NCBI GenBank assembly: GCA_951406725.2
Contig: OX597820.1
Location: 3,906,001 to 3,970,000 of the forward strand
Source of the DNA: Octopus vulgaris
Taxonomy: Eukaryota
Length of the DNA stretch: 64,000 bases
Direction: 5' to 3'
The stretch's first letter is position 1; every line of letters starts with the position of its first letter. This document shows, piece after piece, positions 26,557-40,319 of this stretch. The notes below the pieces were generated by a model. The model did no database searches, was not told where the DNA came from, and saw only the letters and a program-made list of their open reading frames with translations. The position numbers were made by a program, and so were the translations under genes.

Positions 26557-27806
26557 GTAAGTAAAATTTCCTTCAGGAAAATATATAATTGTTTTCTAGC
26601 AAAGCCTTTTTATATAAAAATGTTTCCTTTATTTTTGCTGCAAATTAAATTTTCAGAAAATTTTCTCTTTCATCATCATCATCATCGTTTAACGTCCGCT
26701 TTCCATGCTAGCATGGGTTGGACGATTTTGACTGAGGGCTGGCAAGCCAGATGGCTGCACCAGGCTCCAATCTGAGCTGGCAGAGTTTCTACAGCTGGAT
26801 GCCCTTCCTAACGCCAACCACTCCGAGAGTGTAGTGGGTGCTTTTGTGTGCCACCTGCACGGGGGCCAGTCAGGCGGTACTGGCAACGACCTCGCTCGAA
26901 TTTTTCTCTTTTTTTACACATGCCAACAGCATAGGTGCCAGTAAGGCGATGCTGGTAACGATCTCTTTCGTTAATTAAAAAGTTTCCAAGAAAAGCCTCT
27001 GGGTTTTTTTGGTTTTTCTTCTTTTATGTAAGTATGATTATCAGGACAGGCATCGTGCCATAGAAACAACCAAGCCAAAGCAAGCATTGGATCTTGGTGC
27101 AGTCCTCTCGCCTGCTAGCTCTTGTTGGGCCATCCACTTGATTACATAGTCTTGCTCCATTTTCCAGTCTGAATTTCAGGTTAAAGGACGAAGGAGCGAT
27201 TAGTTATAAGGAGAAACACAAACGTGAGATATAGAAGAAAATATAATCAGGTTTCCAGAAAAATATAGAATGGAATAACTTCATTCATCATCATCATTGA
27301 TTAAGTTAATTGCATTGACAGAAGTATATTTTGCTAGAAGGAAAAAAAAACCATTTGAAATCTTGAGGTATATCGAGATTATTTTAGCTAATAATCATAC
27401 TGTGCCATGTAAAAAAAAACCACCTGTGCTGATGCCACATGAAAAGCACTCAATACACTGTGAAAAGTGTTTGGTGTTAGGAAGGGCTTGTAGCCATAGA
27501 AACCATGCCAAAACAGACAGTTGGAGTTTGGTGCAACTCTCTGGTTTGCCAGTTCCTGTCAAACCATCAAACCCATGCCAGCATGGAAAATGGACCCTAA
27601 ATGGTGGAAGTAGCAGTGGTTGCAGTGTCTACTCTTGTTGTTCTTTAAACTAAATAGAAGTCTTTGAAATAACTCAATTCCCTCTGTTTAAGTAATTGTG
27701 TCTGTCATCAGTTGTGAGAATAAATGCTGTTACAGTTTTTCTTCATAAACCCTGTAGCCATATATATATATATATATATCCTCTTCAAATGTATTTCTCA
27801 TTCCAG

Positions 27807-27890
27807 ACTTTCCCATTCTTTGGAATTCGTCCTGCAATTTTAACTGCTGAGGGGAAGGAAGTAAAAGGACCAGTTGAAGAAGGCTATTTA
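27807..27890 (+). CDS. ACSS2: ACSS2-like exon
   Basis: TFPFFGIRPAILTAEGKEVKGPVEEGYL|gtaag. Confidence 0.95.
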
Positions 27891-29035
27891 GTAAGGAAAT
27901 GGTTCCCCATTTTCAACTTCCGTTTTTGCTGTTGTTGTTGTTGTTGTTGTTATGGTGATGGTGCAAGAATACAAAAAGTGGGAATGTTTTATTTCCATCA
28001 GAGTTAGTCGGGAGACCCTAAAGGAAGAGGGTTCCAAACTACGGCTGGACTTCATTCAGTTTTACTTTTCCATCAAAATCATTAACAAATGTTAATACAA
28101 ACATTTTTCCATAAAAATTTTCCTTCATTTCACTTTCAAACTGAAGAATCCAGCAAATTAAGAGTTCCAAGAAATTATTTTTTCTTTTAACTTTACTTGT
28201 TTCAGTCATTAGACTGTGGCCATGCTGGGGCATCGCCTTGAAGAATGTTTTTGCCAACCCCAATGCTCTTTTCTTTTTTCTTTTTTTTTAAAGCCTGGTG
28301 TGTATTCTGTCAGCCTCTTCGGCCAAACTACTACGTTAAAGGGGTGTAAACACACCAACATCTGATCTGAAGTGGTGGTGACACACATACACACATTCAT
28401 TCACACTAAACATTCGAAGGGCTTCTTTCAGTTTCCCTCTACCAAATCCACTCACAAGGCTTTGGTCGACTCAAAACTATAGTAGAAGACACTTGCCCAA
28501 GGTGCCACGCAGTGAGACTGAACCTGGAACCATGTGGTTGGGAACTGAACTTCTTACCATGCAGCCACGCTGATGTCTATTCTGATAAAACATTCCTCTT
28601 TTAACCATCATGTGGATGATATTTGATGAGTGTGAGTCTCGCTCGTCTCTCGTCTCACAATTCAGGAGAATTCTTTTGCTTCTTCTTAACTTTTTAAAAC
28701 TTGTATTAAGATCTGTTTAATGTGAAACTGTTTGACCCCTTAGCATTTAAACCAGCCGTGTCTGGCTTGAATATTCTATGCGTTTTATGTGCAAATTGGT
28801 CAGTTCAGGCCTCTCATACCTACCCTACAATATCACCCCAAAATTAATCGCATCATCAAAATCTTGAAGCTGTGAGATAATGCAGGATTAATTGACAACA
28901 ATATGGATTAGATTCGACAAAGGAATCTGAATGCTAAAAGGTTAAATGTTGAATTAAGATTAGATGAGTGTTTGTGGAAAAGTGTGATTGAACCCCATTG
29001 TAATGAGAAATGGTAATTATTCTTTAATTAATTAG

Positions 29036-29144
29036 GTTTTCAAACAACCATGGCCTGGTATGATGAGAACAGTTTATGGCAACCACGAAAGGTTTGAAAC
29101 GACATATTTCAAGAAGTTTCCCGGATATTATTGCACAGGAGACG
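29036..29144 (+). CDS. ACSS2: ACSS2-like exon
   Basis: [36 protein letters not shown](G)|gt. Confidence 0.96.
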
Positions 29145-29944
29145 GTAAATATAAGTTTATAGACTCACTTCTTTTCTCTTTGTTGAGGATTTCACTTGTT
29201 GTTGCGTGGGGAATGAAATGTCACTTTGATATTGGTAATTAGGTTGGGGAGGCACTAATAATGGAATTACTATAGTCAATTAGAATCAGTTCTGAGATGA
29301 ATTTATTCAGTTTCTACAGAATGTGGGGTTAGGTCTTGTATATTTTAGTATTAGTAAGGGCACCCACATGTAGAAGCCATGCCATACAGACACTGGAGCA
29401 CGATGTGGTCCTTGGGCCCATCAGATCCTTTTCTACTCTAAGCACAAGGCCCGATATTTTAGGGGACAGGGGCCAGCCGATTAAATCAACTCCAGTATGC
29501 AACTGGTACTTAATTTATCAACCCTGAAAGGATGAATGGCAAAGTCGACCTTGGTGGAATTTGAACTCAGAACGTAAAGACAGACGAAATACCTATTTCT
29601 TTACTAACCACAAGGGGCTAAACACAGAAGGGACAAACAAGGACAGACAAACAGATTAAGTTGATTATATCGGCCCCAGTGCGTAACTGGTACTTAATTT
29701 ATCGACCTCGGCGGAATTTGAACTCAGAACGTAACGGCAGACGAAATACGGCTACGCATTTCGCCTGGCATGCTAACGTTTCTGCCTTGGGCCCGTCAGA
29801 TCCTGACAAACTGTCCGACCCATGCCAGCATGGAATATGGAAATTAAATGATGGTGATGAGGCTGATGTTCATTTACACTCATCACATGATGTCAAGGTA
29901 AGGGTACCCATGGATGCACACACACACACACATGCATATATATA

Positions 29945-29980
<36 letters not shown>

Positions 29981-30252
29981 TGTATGTATGTATATAATGG
30001 GCTTCTTTCAGTTTCTGTCTACCAAATTCACTTGCAAGGCTTTGGTTGACCTGGGACCATAGTAGAAAACACTGTGGGACTGAATCCAGTACCACATGAT
30101 TGGGGAGCAAGCTTCTTACCTGCCCAGCCACGCCTGTCCATCAATGTTTCAAAGGTTCATCTCTGTTTGGCAACCTCCTTCCATAACCTTGAATTAATTT
30201 TCCACTTTGTGATTTATTGTTTCTTATTTGATTTTTTTCCTTTTTGTTTCAG

Positions 30253-30452
30253 GTGCTCGTCGTGATGAAGACGATTACATCTGGATTACTGGTCGAATTG
30301 ATGACATGGTCAATGTCTCTGGGCATTTGATAAGCACTGCAGAAGTGGAGGCTGCCATTGCCGAACACAGTGCTGTCGCCGAGGCGGCCGTTGTGTCTCA
30401 TCCTCATTCTGTGAAGGGTGAATGTACCTACGGCTTTGTCATACTCAATGAT
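30253..30452 (+). CDS. ACSS2: ACSS2-like exon
   Basis: (G)[32 protein letters not shown]...[18 protein letters not shown]|gtaag. Confidence 0.96.
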
Positions 30453-30482
30453 GTAAGTAGCGGACATTCTGCACAAGAACAC

Positions 30483-30515
<33 letters not shown>

Positions 30516-31260
30516 CGTTGGTTCAGTGTCCGTCTTTCCATGTTTCCATGGATCAGACAGAATTTTGCTGAGGCAGAAGGTCAATGTCAGATCATCCTGT
30601 CACCTGTCTCCGAGTAAGGCCATATTTTCCCATCACTAGACACATTTTTACAGAAGACTGGAAACATGGGACACTGCTTGCACGACGGTGGCACTTGTTT
30701 ACAATTCTCACATATCAAAGCATTCACACACACACACACATATGCATACTTACATGCAAACACAAATACATAACAGGCTTCCACACAGTTTTCTGCCTAC
30801 CAAATTCATTCACAAGGCATCGGTTGACCCTGGGCTATAAAAGAAAAGACACTTGCCTAAGGTGCTGCACAGTGAAACTGAACCTAAAACCACTTGGTTC
30901 GAAAGCAAGTTTCTTCATCACTCGGTCGTGTTTAGTCTTTCATATTTTCCATTGTCAGTTTTGCTCTAATTAACGATGGATTCTGTGTTCCTTCTCATTA
31001 CTTTCATTTTGATGACTCAACTGAGACCTTTGGCAACATACTCTGCTTGAGAAAATTCGTCAAGCCAAGTGAAATCACAGTTGTGACCATTGCTGGTGTC
31101 ACGCAAATGGCACCCGTGTCGGTGGCACATAAAAAGCACCCATTACACTATCAGAGTGGTTGGCATTAGGAAGGGTATCCAGCCATAGAAAACCATGCCA
31201 AAGCAGACTGGAACCCAGTGCAATCCTCTGGCTTACCAGTTCCAGTCAAACCTTCTAATC

Positions 31261-31853
31261 CGGAGGTCCCCAAACATTTTAGACAATTGACCCCTTCATG
31301 GAATCCTTGACTCCTCATTGACCCCCCAGGCATACTCTCTCTTTACTCTTTTACTTGTTTCAGTCATTCGACTGCGGCCATGCTGGAGCACCGCCTTTTA
31401 GTCGAGCAAATCGACCCCGAGACTTATTCTTTGTAAGCCCAGTACTTATTCTATCGGTCTCTTTTGCCGAACCGCTAAGTGACGGGGACATAAACACACC
31501 AGCATCGGTTGTCAAGCAATGCTAGGGGGACAAACACAGACACACAAACACACACACACATACATATATACATATATACGACAGGCTTCTTTCAGTTTCT
31601 GTCCACCAAATCCACTCACAAGGCATTGGTCAGCCCGGGGCTATAGCAGAAGACACTTGCCCAAGATGCCACGCAGTGGGACTGAACCCGGAACCATGTG
31701 GTTGGTTAGCAAGCTACTTACCACACTGCCACTCCTGCGCCATGTACAAGAAAATAAATAAATAATAATACTTAAGTAGATGTGCATTTATCGACCCCTT
31801 GAATAGTCTCATCAACCCCCAGGGGTTGATATCGACCACTTTAGAGACCCCTG
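31261..31853. mobile_element. hAT-like MITE carrying a nested SINE (31341-31741), itself inserted in an RTE-tail repeat
   Basis: Ends CGGAGGTCCCCAAAC / GAGACCCCTG; imperfect 8-bp TSD ttctaatc/atctaagc. Confidence 0.6.
31341..31741 (-). mobile_element. tRNA-derived CORE-like SINE family B, probably octopus OR2-like; copies ~2935(-), 5510, 18930, 19914, 28190(-), 29998(-), 38270
   Basis: GAGTGGC.GTGTGGTAAG...GGTTCAGTCCC...CTTGGGCAAGTGTCTTC head, internal (TA/TG)n, 3' GAAACAAGTAAAAGAG tail. Confidence 0.75.
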
Positions 31854-32936
31854 ATCTAAGCCATGCCAGCATGGAATGCAGACGTTAAATGATGATGATG
31901 AGGAGGATGCTTTATTTTTCTTCCTCTTGTAATTAGTTCGTTATTTTTCTGTGTGCTTAACGATCATCTCTTAATACAAGAAACATTCTCCTCCTTTCCT
32001 CGGAACCCTTTCTGTCCCCTTAACATCAGCTTTGATCACAGTGAAGACATCGGAATGAATCCCACCTGTGTTCATTGTAGAGACTGGCTTCGAGTCTTCT
32101 CTGCTTTATTGCAGCTTCAGCCTCTGTTGATGGAATCAATTAAACCATTTTCTTTTTCTTATGAACGTGAGCCCTACAGCAGTTCCCTTCCAAGGATTGT
32201 AGCTTTTCCCATCTTATCTTTATTTAGATTCTGATTGAAACATAATAAATGAGATTTCTATTTTATACAGCAAGACACCTTCTCCTGTCCCTTTAATCTC
32301 TCGTTAAATGGCACAGCTGAGCGAGTTTTTGTCTTGCAGGTTACATGGTAATCCTGTTGGTGCTGGTGCCACATAAACAGCACTGGTGCTGGTGTCATGT
32401 AAAGAGCACCCAGTGCACTCTGTAAAATGGTTGGCATTAGGAAGGGATCCAAGCACAGGAACCATGCCAAAACAGACAATGGAGCCTGGTTTATTCCTTG
32501 GCCCTGCCAGCTCCTATGAAACCATCCAATCCATGCCAGCATGGAAAACGGATGTTAGAGAGTGATGATAATATACATGGCCATAATATACAGGTAGTGA
32601 GCTGGCAGAAATGTTAGCACGCCAGGTGAAATGCTCAACGCTATTTCATCTGTTTATACATTCTGACTTCAAATTCCATCAAGGTTGACTTTGCCTTTCA
32701 TCCTTTCAGGGTTGATAAATTAAGTACCAGTTGCGTACTGGGGTCGATCTAATCAACTGCCCCTCTCCCTCAAAATTTCGGGCTTTGTGCCTAGAGAAGA
32801 AAAGAACATACATGAACCATTTCACAAATGATTTTAATTCTGTCATTCTCCAACATGGGAATTATGGGTAGAATTTCTTTGATTTTCTGAGATTTCAATT
32901 TGATTTGATTTGATGACTTTTCAATTCGTTTTCCAG

Positions 32937-32982
32937 GGATTTGAACTGACCGATAAATTGATCACCGAACTGAAATGCAAAG
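32937..32982 (+). CDS. ACSS2: ACSS2-like exon
   Basis: ccag|GFELTDKLITELKCK(V)|gtaatt; 46 nt, bridges phase 0 to phase 1. Confidence 0.88.
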
Positions 32983-33854
32983 GTAATTAACGACAATGCT
33001 TTCCTAACGTATTCACGTCATTAGTCTAAATACATATGTATGCACACGCGCACACACATGCACGCATGCACACACACACGCACGCATGCACACACACACG
33101 CACGCTAGTGCTCCATTGGTTATGACGCCGAGGATTCCAGTTGATCCGATTAATGGAACAGCCTGCTCGTGAAACTGATGTGCAAGTGGCTGAGTACTCC
33201 ACAGACGCCTGTGTTCCCTTAACATACTTCTATGGGAGGTTCAGTGTGACAGAGTGTCAGAAGACTGACCCCCTTTGAATTACTGGTACGACTCACTTTG
33301 CTGGATGAGTGGACTGATGGAACTTGAGAATAAAGTGTCTTGCTGAAGGGCACAATGCACCACCAGGAATTGAACTCCCAACCTTACAATCTTGAGCCGA
33401 ATGTCTTAACCATTTAGCCACGTACCTTCACTTGCTTGTTTTTGTTTTTTTATATCAGTAGACAGGCACAGGTAAGGTTTTGGCTGTGGACGGGGGTTTT
33501 GTGTGTGTGTGTGTGAAAGAGAAAGAGACTCTGTGTGGGCAGGTGAGAGAGAGAGAGAGAGAGACTGTATGGTGTGTGTGTGAGATAGAGAGAGACTCTG
33601 TGTGTGTGTGTGTGTGTGTGTATGAAATGTGGTGAGGTTTGAGACCGATAGAGTAAGTGCCAGGTTTAAAAAGCAAAATGTACTGGGGTCAGTTTGTTCA
33701 ACTAAAATTCTTCGAGGCAGTGCCCCAGCATGGCCACGGTCTAACATCTGAAACAAATAAAAGATAGAAAGCCATCAATCTAATAACATTGTTGAATCTT
33801 CTTACGTTTCACCAGTCAAAGGCAGCAATCTGATAGAATCGTTGGTGAGTGAGA

Positions 33855-34655
33855 CGGTGAGCTGGCAGAACGGTTAGCACGCCAGGTGAAATGCTTAGCA
33901 GCATTCCGTCTGCCATTACATTCTAAGTTCAAATTCTGCCAAGGTCAACTTTGCTGGTCATCCTTTCAGGGTCGATAAATTAAGTACCAGTTGCATACTG
34001 GAGTTGATCTACTCAACTTTTCCCCGACTCCCCGAAAATTTCAGGCTTTGTGCCTCGAGTAGAAAAGAATATTTAAATGGAAGAAGGTGGCAAGCTGGCA
34101 GAAACGTTAGCACGACGGGCGAAATGCTTAGCGGTATTTTGTCTGCCTCTACGTTCTGAGTTCAAATTCCACCGAGGTTGACTTTGCCTTTCATCCTTTC
34201 AGGGTCGATTAAATAAGTACCAGTTACGCACTGGGGTTGATATAATCGATTTAATCCGTTTGTCTGTCCTTGTTTGTCCTTTCTGTGTTTAGCCTCTTGT
34301 GGGTAGTAAAGAAATAGTTATTTTGTCTGCTGTTACATTCTGAGTTCAAATTCTGCCGAGGTCAGCTTTGCCTTTCATCCTTTCGGGGTTGATTAAATAA
34401 GTACCAGTTACACACTGGGGTCAATATAATCGACTTAATCCGTTTGTCCTCTCTGTGTTTAGCCCCTTATGGGTACTAAAGAAATAAGTATTTTGTCTGC
34501 TGTTACATTCTGAGTTCAAATTCTGCCGAGGTCGACTTTGCCTTTCATCCTTTCAGGGTCGATAAATTAAGTACCAGTTGCATACTGGAGTTGATCTACT
34601 CAACTTTCCCTCACTCCCCCAAAATTTTGAGCCTTGTACGTAGAGTAGAAAAGAA
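33855..34655 (+). repeat. Head-to-tail array of SINE family A modules
   Basis: B-box/GCCTTTCATCC module repeated about 4 times at ~180-240 bp spacing. Confidence 0.8.
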
Positions 34656-34985
34656 TTGTTGGTGAGTGGAACAAAATGCTCGGAGGCATTTCTTCTGGCT
34701 TTTTGACTTTCATCCTTTGGGGGGGGGGACCAATAAAATACATACCAGTTGAGCACTGGGGTCAACAAAATTGACTTAACCCTTCCCACTAGAATTGCTG
34801 GTCTTGTATCAAAATTAGGAAGAATATTATGTTCCATGTGTCATAACTTTACACTTCCTGCTTTTGCTTCTTCTCCCTAAAACCTTAGGAATTACAGAAC
34901 TACAAAAATGTCTTTTGTTTTGTTCGTTAAAAATTACATGACCAGGATATAATTTGTATATTCTTGTCTTCAATTTTATTTTCAG

Positions 34986-35191
34986 TTCGTACCAAAATAG
35001 GACCGTTTGCCCAACCAGATTATATCCAATATGCTCCTGGCTTGCCTAAAACTCGATCTGGAAAGATTATGCGGAGAATTCTTCGTAAAATTGCTGTTGG
35101 AGACACAGATTTTGGTGATATAAGTACTCTTGCTGATGAATCTGTCTTAGGATTGATTTTGAAGCATAGACCCCAAACTATAAAAGCCTGA
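34986..35191 (+). CDS. ACSS2: ACSS2-like terminal coding exon
   Basis: (V)[36 protein letters not shown]...TIKA*; contains the A10 catalytic Lys motif PKTRSGK. Confidence 0.96.
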
Positions 35192-37770
35192 AAATATTGA
35201 AGAACTTTTCACCTTACATGTTCTTTGGAAATTTCAAGTGAAATTGAAAACTTTGGACCAATTCTAGAAATTGTTGTTATTTTTTTTTTCTTTTTGATAA
35301 TCATAGTACATATCGTTATTCTAATCATAGTTGGTATTTCAGATTTAATTGTTTTGTAATATGTAAGACTAATGAATGAATTTGTTCTCTGAGTGAAATA
35401 TTTCAACTTATGAAAAAAAAAAACTGTTCTTTTTGATAAGATTAGATTACTAGAATTTGGTACTTTGAAGGATTCTAAAAAAAAATGTTTACTGTATTAG
35501 GAATTTGTTCAAGTGAAATGTTTGCAACAAGATCAGTGTGCATTACAATCCATACTCTCTTCAGACGGATCACAACAATCAAATATTGTATTTGTTTGTT
35601 TAATTTACTCTCTCTCTCTCTCTCTCTCCTTCTCTCTCTCAACCACTTTGTAAATTATTGGTTTGTTTATGGCCAGAAAGGAACTTCCACTAGAAATAAG
35701 GTTTCTATTTATCAATGATGATGAATTGGTCACTATTGTGCTTCTTTTTTTTTTTTTTCTTTAAATTAACTTTTGGAAAGGAGAAAATGAGAATAGTATG
35801 TTCTGGTAAAAAATCACGTCTCTGATGAAAATGCTGATGAATTGTGTTGGCAAAAAAATTCATCCACAGAAGAGTTTGTTGAAGAATTCAGTATGTTTAT
35901 TTGTCCTGAGGAGTGAAAGAACCTTAATGTTTTAAGCGCTTGCCCTCCTTCTGAAACAGAAAATATATAGCAGTTGTTACCATGGTTACAAAATGGTGAA
36001 TGACTCTTTCACTTCTTGTTAAAAACCAAACTCTTCTCTGAACTCTCTGAAGGAGATTTTGCAACAGATTTTGCATTTTTTCTTGTAATTTTAATACTTC
36101 TGTTTTTTACCGTTTGGCGCTTCGTTTTGTTAGCATTATTGGCAATAAAAACAAACAAGATTCTGATAAAAAGTTTCCATTACATTGAGATTATTTTGGT
36201 TAAGAGAGATGAGAGTTAGTAAGTCATAGTAAAAATTTGTTGTGTTAAAGAATTTTTGAAGAATTTATTAGCCAGAATCCAAAGGGCCTCATATTTGCTT
36301 CATTGTAGTGGAAGTTCTCGATGCTAAAACTTCTCTGTATTATAATATTGTTTGGTAATCTCAATTCCTAAAGCAATAATTTTCCATAACAGTAATTCAT
36401 CGTTCATGATTTCTTCACAAAAACAAAACAACATTCCAATTTTATTTGACTTCCAAAATAATATTATGATACTCATCAATCTTTAGTATTTAATCTTTTA
36501 ATCATATTCTCAAGTTGTTGTGAAAACCATTTACAGCATTAAATTTCCTGTGATTCATAAATTCTCTGCAAATATCTGTGGCAGATTAAAATATTCTCTT
36601 GATAAAATAGTGAGTTTGATCTCTTCCTGAAGCAATAAGTATTGTCACAAGTGTCTGACTTTTCTAAAAGACTTCTATATATATCCTGGAATATATTTCT
36701 GAAATATATATGCATAAAATAGGCACTAAACATTCAATTTGATATTGAGTACAAAAGCAATAAATTTTAAACAATGCCTTACACGGATACCGTATATTTA
36801 GTGCAGTTTCTCAAACAGGAAACCTGGTATTTTGTTGTATCTGATCAATCATTTTGATTCCAAAAGCAATAAAACAATTTACATGGAAAAATAAATTTCA
36901 TAACATTGTTATAATTTTGATATTTTGATAATTATTCTTAAGGCAGTGAGCTGGCAGAAATGTTAGCACGCTGGGCGAAATGCTTTGCGGCATTTCATCT
37001 GTCTTTACATTCTGAGTTCAAATTTTGCCGTGGTCAACTTTGCCTTTCAATAAAATAAGTACCAGTTGCATACTGGGGTTGATGTAATTGACTTAATCCC
37101 TCCCCCGAAATTGTCTTATGTCAAAATTTCAAACTATTATTTGATAATTACTTATTGAAAGTTTAAAGTATGCAATCCATATTTGACTTCTAATTTTCTG
37201 AATTTGTTGCTTCTTATAACTTTTGTTATGAACTAAATACAAAAAAAAAAAAGCAAATTGTTATAAACTGAATTTTAAAAAAAAACTGTTAAATTAGATT
37301 TATGCCTATTTGTACTATTTTGAATGCATTAGATTATCAACATGTAGCTATATTCCATGTTTACATTAAATCATAAAATGGTGAATTAAATTTTCGGATA
37401 TTTTTGTGTCAATATATTTAGATATTTTCTCAGACAAATCTAGTATTTTTTTAGAATTTTAGTTTTGTTGCCAAGACATTATGAAGGTTTTTCCAAGGGA
37501 ATTTTCAACATTATCTTTTCAACCTGTGCTTTCCTGTTATTTCAATATCATACATTTCTTGTTAAATTATTACTGTTAATATCTTGTGGGAGGTTGCTTG
37601 TGTTTTCAGATTTGTAGAAATGTTGGAATAATAAATTATAACTGGAAAAAAGAAAAAATTGCCTTTTTATCATTTTTGTTACTTTTGAATTTCCTATTAA
37701 ACATTAAAGATATCTTCCAATAAAAATAATAATTTACTCTCCCTCCTCACACCCTAATACTGATAAAATT

Positions 37771-38119
37771 CTGTTATTTGGGACGGTCATAACACCAATA
37801 AACACATGCACTGGTTCTATTTCACTTCTTTGTTAGTCAATTGGTTAGTTACCTAACTAACTAACTAATTATCGTTTGTTTTGTTTGTTGGTTAAACAAC
37901 CAATTAGTTGTTTGTCAAAGTCTTTTCATCGCTATTTGCGACCCCCATTAATGAGAAGCTCTTTCTCTACCATGTCTGTCCTGAGTCTGAGACAAATTAA
38001 TGATTGATTGATTAGCTATTTTTGTGGCTAACCAATTGATGGACAATAAAGAAGTGAAATAGAACCAGTGTGTGTGTGTTTATTGTTATTCGCATAATGA
38101 CTTTCCCAAAACACAACAG
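37771..38119. mobile_element. MITE-like inverted-repeat element
   Basis: CACTGGTTCTATTTCACTTCTT...CAATTGGTTAG mirrored by CTAACCAATTG...AAGAAGTGAAATAGAACCAGTG; partial copy at ~24100-24190. Confidence 0.6.
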
Positions 38120-40238
38120 GATCTGTTTCAACACACAAGTTCACATCAAACGAAATTCAAAAAGTCTGTTATTATGAAAATCTAATCTAACTTCTTTTTT
38201 TTTCTCAATCCCTGGCCATTACCTTGTTGAAACAACATTAAAAGAATTTTGTTGTAAGGAAATTCATTACAGGTGTGGCTGTATGGTTAAAGAGCTTCCC
38301 AACCATTTAGTCTTGGGTTCAGTTCCACTGTGTAGCACCTGGGCCAAATGTCTTCTACTATAACCCCAGGGCTGACCAAAGCCTTGTGAATGGATTTGGG
38401 GATCTGATAGATGGAACCTGAAAGAAGCCCATCGTGTGTGTGTGTGTGTACCTATGTCCTGAAATCTTGAGGTGACTGTAAACGAACACAACCATTATAC
38501 AAACGATGTTGTTCATTTCTATTCTTTCCTGCAAAATAGGTCTGGCCATGGGGAAATGTTTGCTTGGAAGCAAGCAAGGGTTGACGACAGGAAGGGCTCT
38601 GTCAACAAATTCTGTCTGACCCATGCTAGCATGGAAAAGCGGCTGTTAAACGACAACAATAATAATGATATTGCCATATAATACAATTTATATCGAATCG
38701 CAGTAGACATGCGATCCTCTGGTCATTGAAGACGAAATCTCCTTGTCTAAAATAACATATTTAATGGCATAAAAGAGGCACGGGTATATTACTCCCCACA
38801 CCACCACCATTCTACCTATTTCGACATCGCACTTTCAGGAAAAAAAATTTCCAGTGCAGTAAAGCTTATGGGAAACCCAACTTGACATATAGGACCCGGC
38901 ATTACGTTTTTAAGGATTTATTATTTATATTAAGGTGGCGTGTTTTATATGCCATCAAATACGGTAGACGTTCCTTCCTTTATAAACTGAAAGAAAAAAA
39001 AAAGTCTTCTGCGAAGAAGGCCATGATTTTGCAGCAAAGTGAAAGATTGTGTCTCGTGAGTTTAATTTTTCTTCTATTAATCCTTGGTTAGTTAAAAGCC
39101 ATGCTCTACTCGCGTTATTAAGAATGTAATTGTTATGAATTATAAGATTCTATCGTTATCCTATCGCTGATTACGACAGTAATCGATATATTTGCTGGAT
39201 CGAACTTCAATAGCGACAATATTTCACTGAATGTTTTATGGTGTCTCGCCCGGTGACTCTCAACCTTTTTGATATCCAGGCCAAATCCAAAACCTGAATA
39301 TTTTTTAGGAGGCCACACAAAAAGTAAAGTTTATTATAATTTTCATGACGCCCTGGGAACGAAGAAAGCGTTAAAAAGTCGATTCTTAGCTTTTGGTACA
39401 AAGTCGAACTTTTCTTGGATTTATTTTATTGATTGGAAGAATTAAAAATTCAACGACGGCATCAGTGAGATTCGAACTCAAAACGTAAAGGGATGCAACT
39501 AAGTACCGTAAGTTAAACTTTGATTCTCGTTTATCGTAGTGTTGGTTTTTGGCAAGGGGGAAGGATTATTGTCAGTTGAATCAACTTCACTACTAAACAA
39601 TCATCTATTTTGTTCCAACAGTTCTTCAACTCAGAACAGAGAGTTGGACATTTCATTATTTGTGTCCGTCCATTCCACGCTTTATAATATTTGACATGAA
39701 GAATTAGAAACGGCAGAAGACGATATTTCGCGTTGTCATTCAGTGGAGGTTTCATTGTTCCTTCTTTCCATCGTCTATAAAATAAGAATGTTTCAATTTA
39801 ACCGTCTATATCTCTCCACCTCGACAGAATGCGTCTCTGTGCTTAAAGGAATCAGGATGGACACCTTTTATATTGGCTTCTTTCACTGGAAGCTCTGTCC
39901 GTGAGTCTTTCCTCAACAGATCAACAGATCTCCGTTTGTTCTTGAAAGTATGACAGCCAATTGGTCTGGTGAAATGGTTTAGTAGTTTTATACATTTTAG
40001 TGAAGTTTTCGAATCTCCGCCGTCTACCAATATATGCCATTATCTACCAAAAATGTGTCTGGGACAAAAAGTTTATAATTGTGAACGAAGTTTCGTAATC
40101 AAAAGAAATGGATAAAAGTCAGTTATCATCGACAGTTCATTTGTCATTTGTCCTGTTTGTATGAAAAAGTTAATGGTTCGGGACATCTATTTACAAAATC
40201 GAAAAGGAATTTCAGAAATATTTTTCTTTCTTTAAAAA

Positions 40239-40319
40239 ATGCCCCTCGGACCTATGTGTTACATAAACAATAATGCTGCTTTCTTGAATGCTTTTCAACA
40301 TGACCCATCACAACGATAA
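40239..40319 (+). promoter_or_regulatory. Overlapping out-of-frame uORF upstream of Mos (26 aa)
   Basis: aaaaATG CCC...CGA TAA = MPLGPMCYINNNAAFLNAFQHDPSQR*; overlaps ATGs at 40288 and 40300. Confidence 0.6.

Noticed and set aside
39531-40030. Two minus-strand ORFs upstream of Mos
   Set aside because: No recognisable homology or splice pattern; possibly decayed element or promoter sequence.
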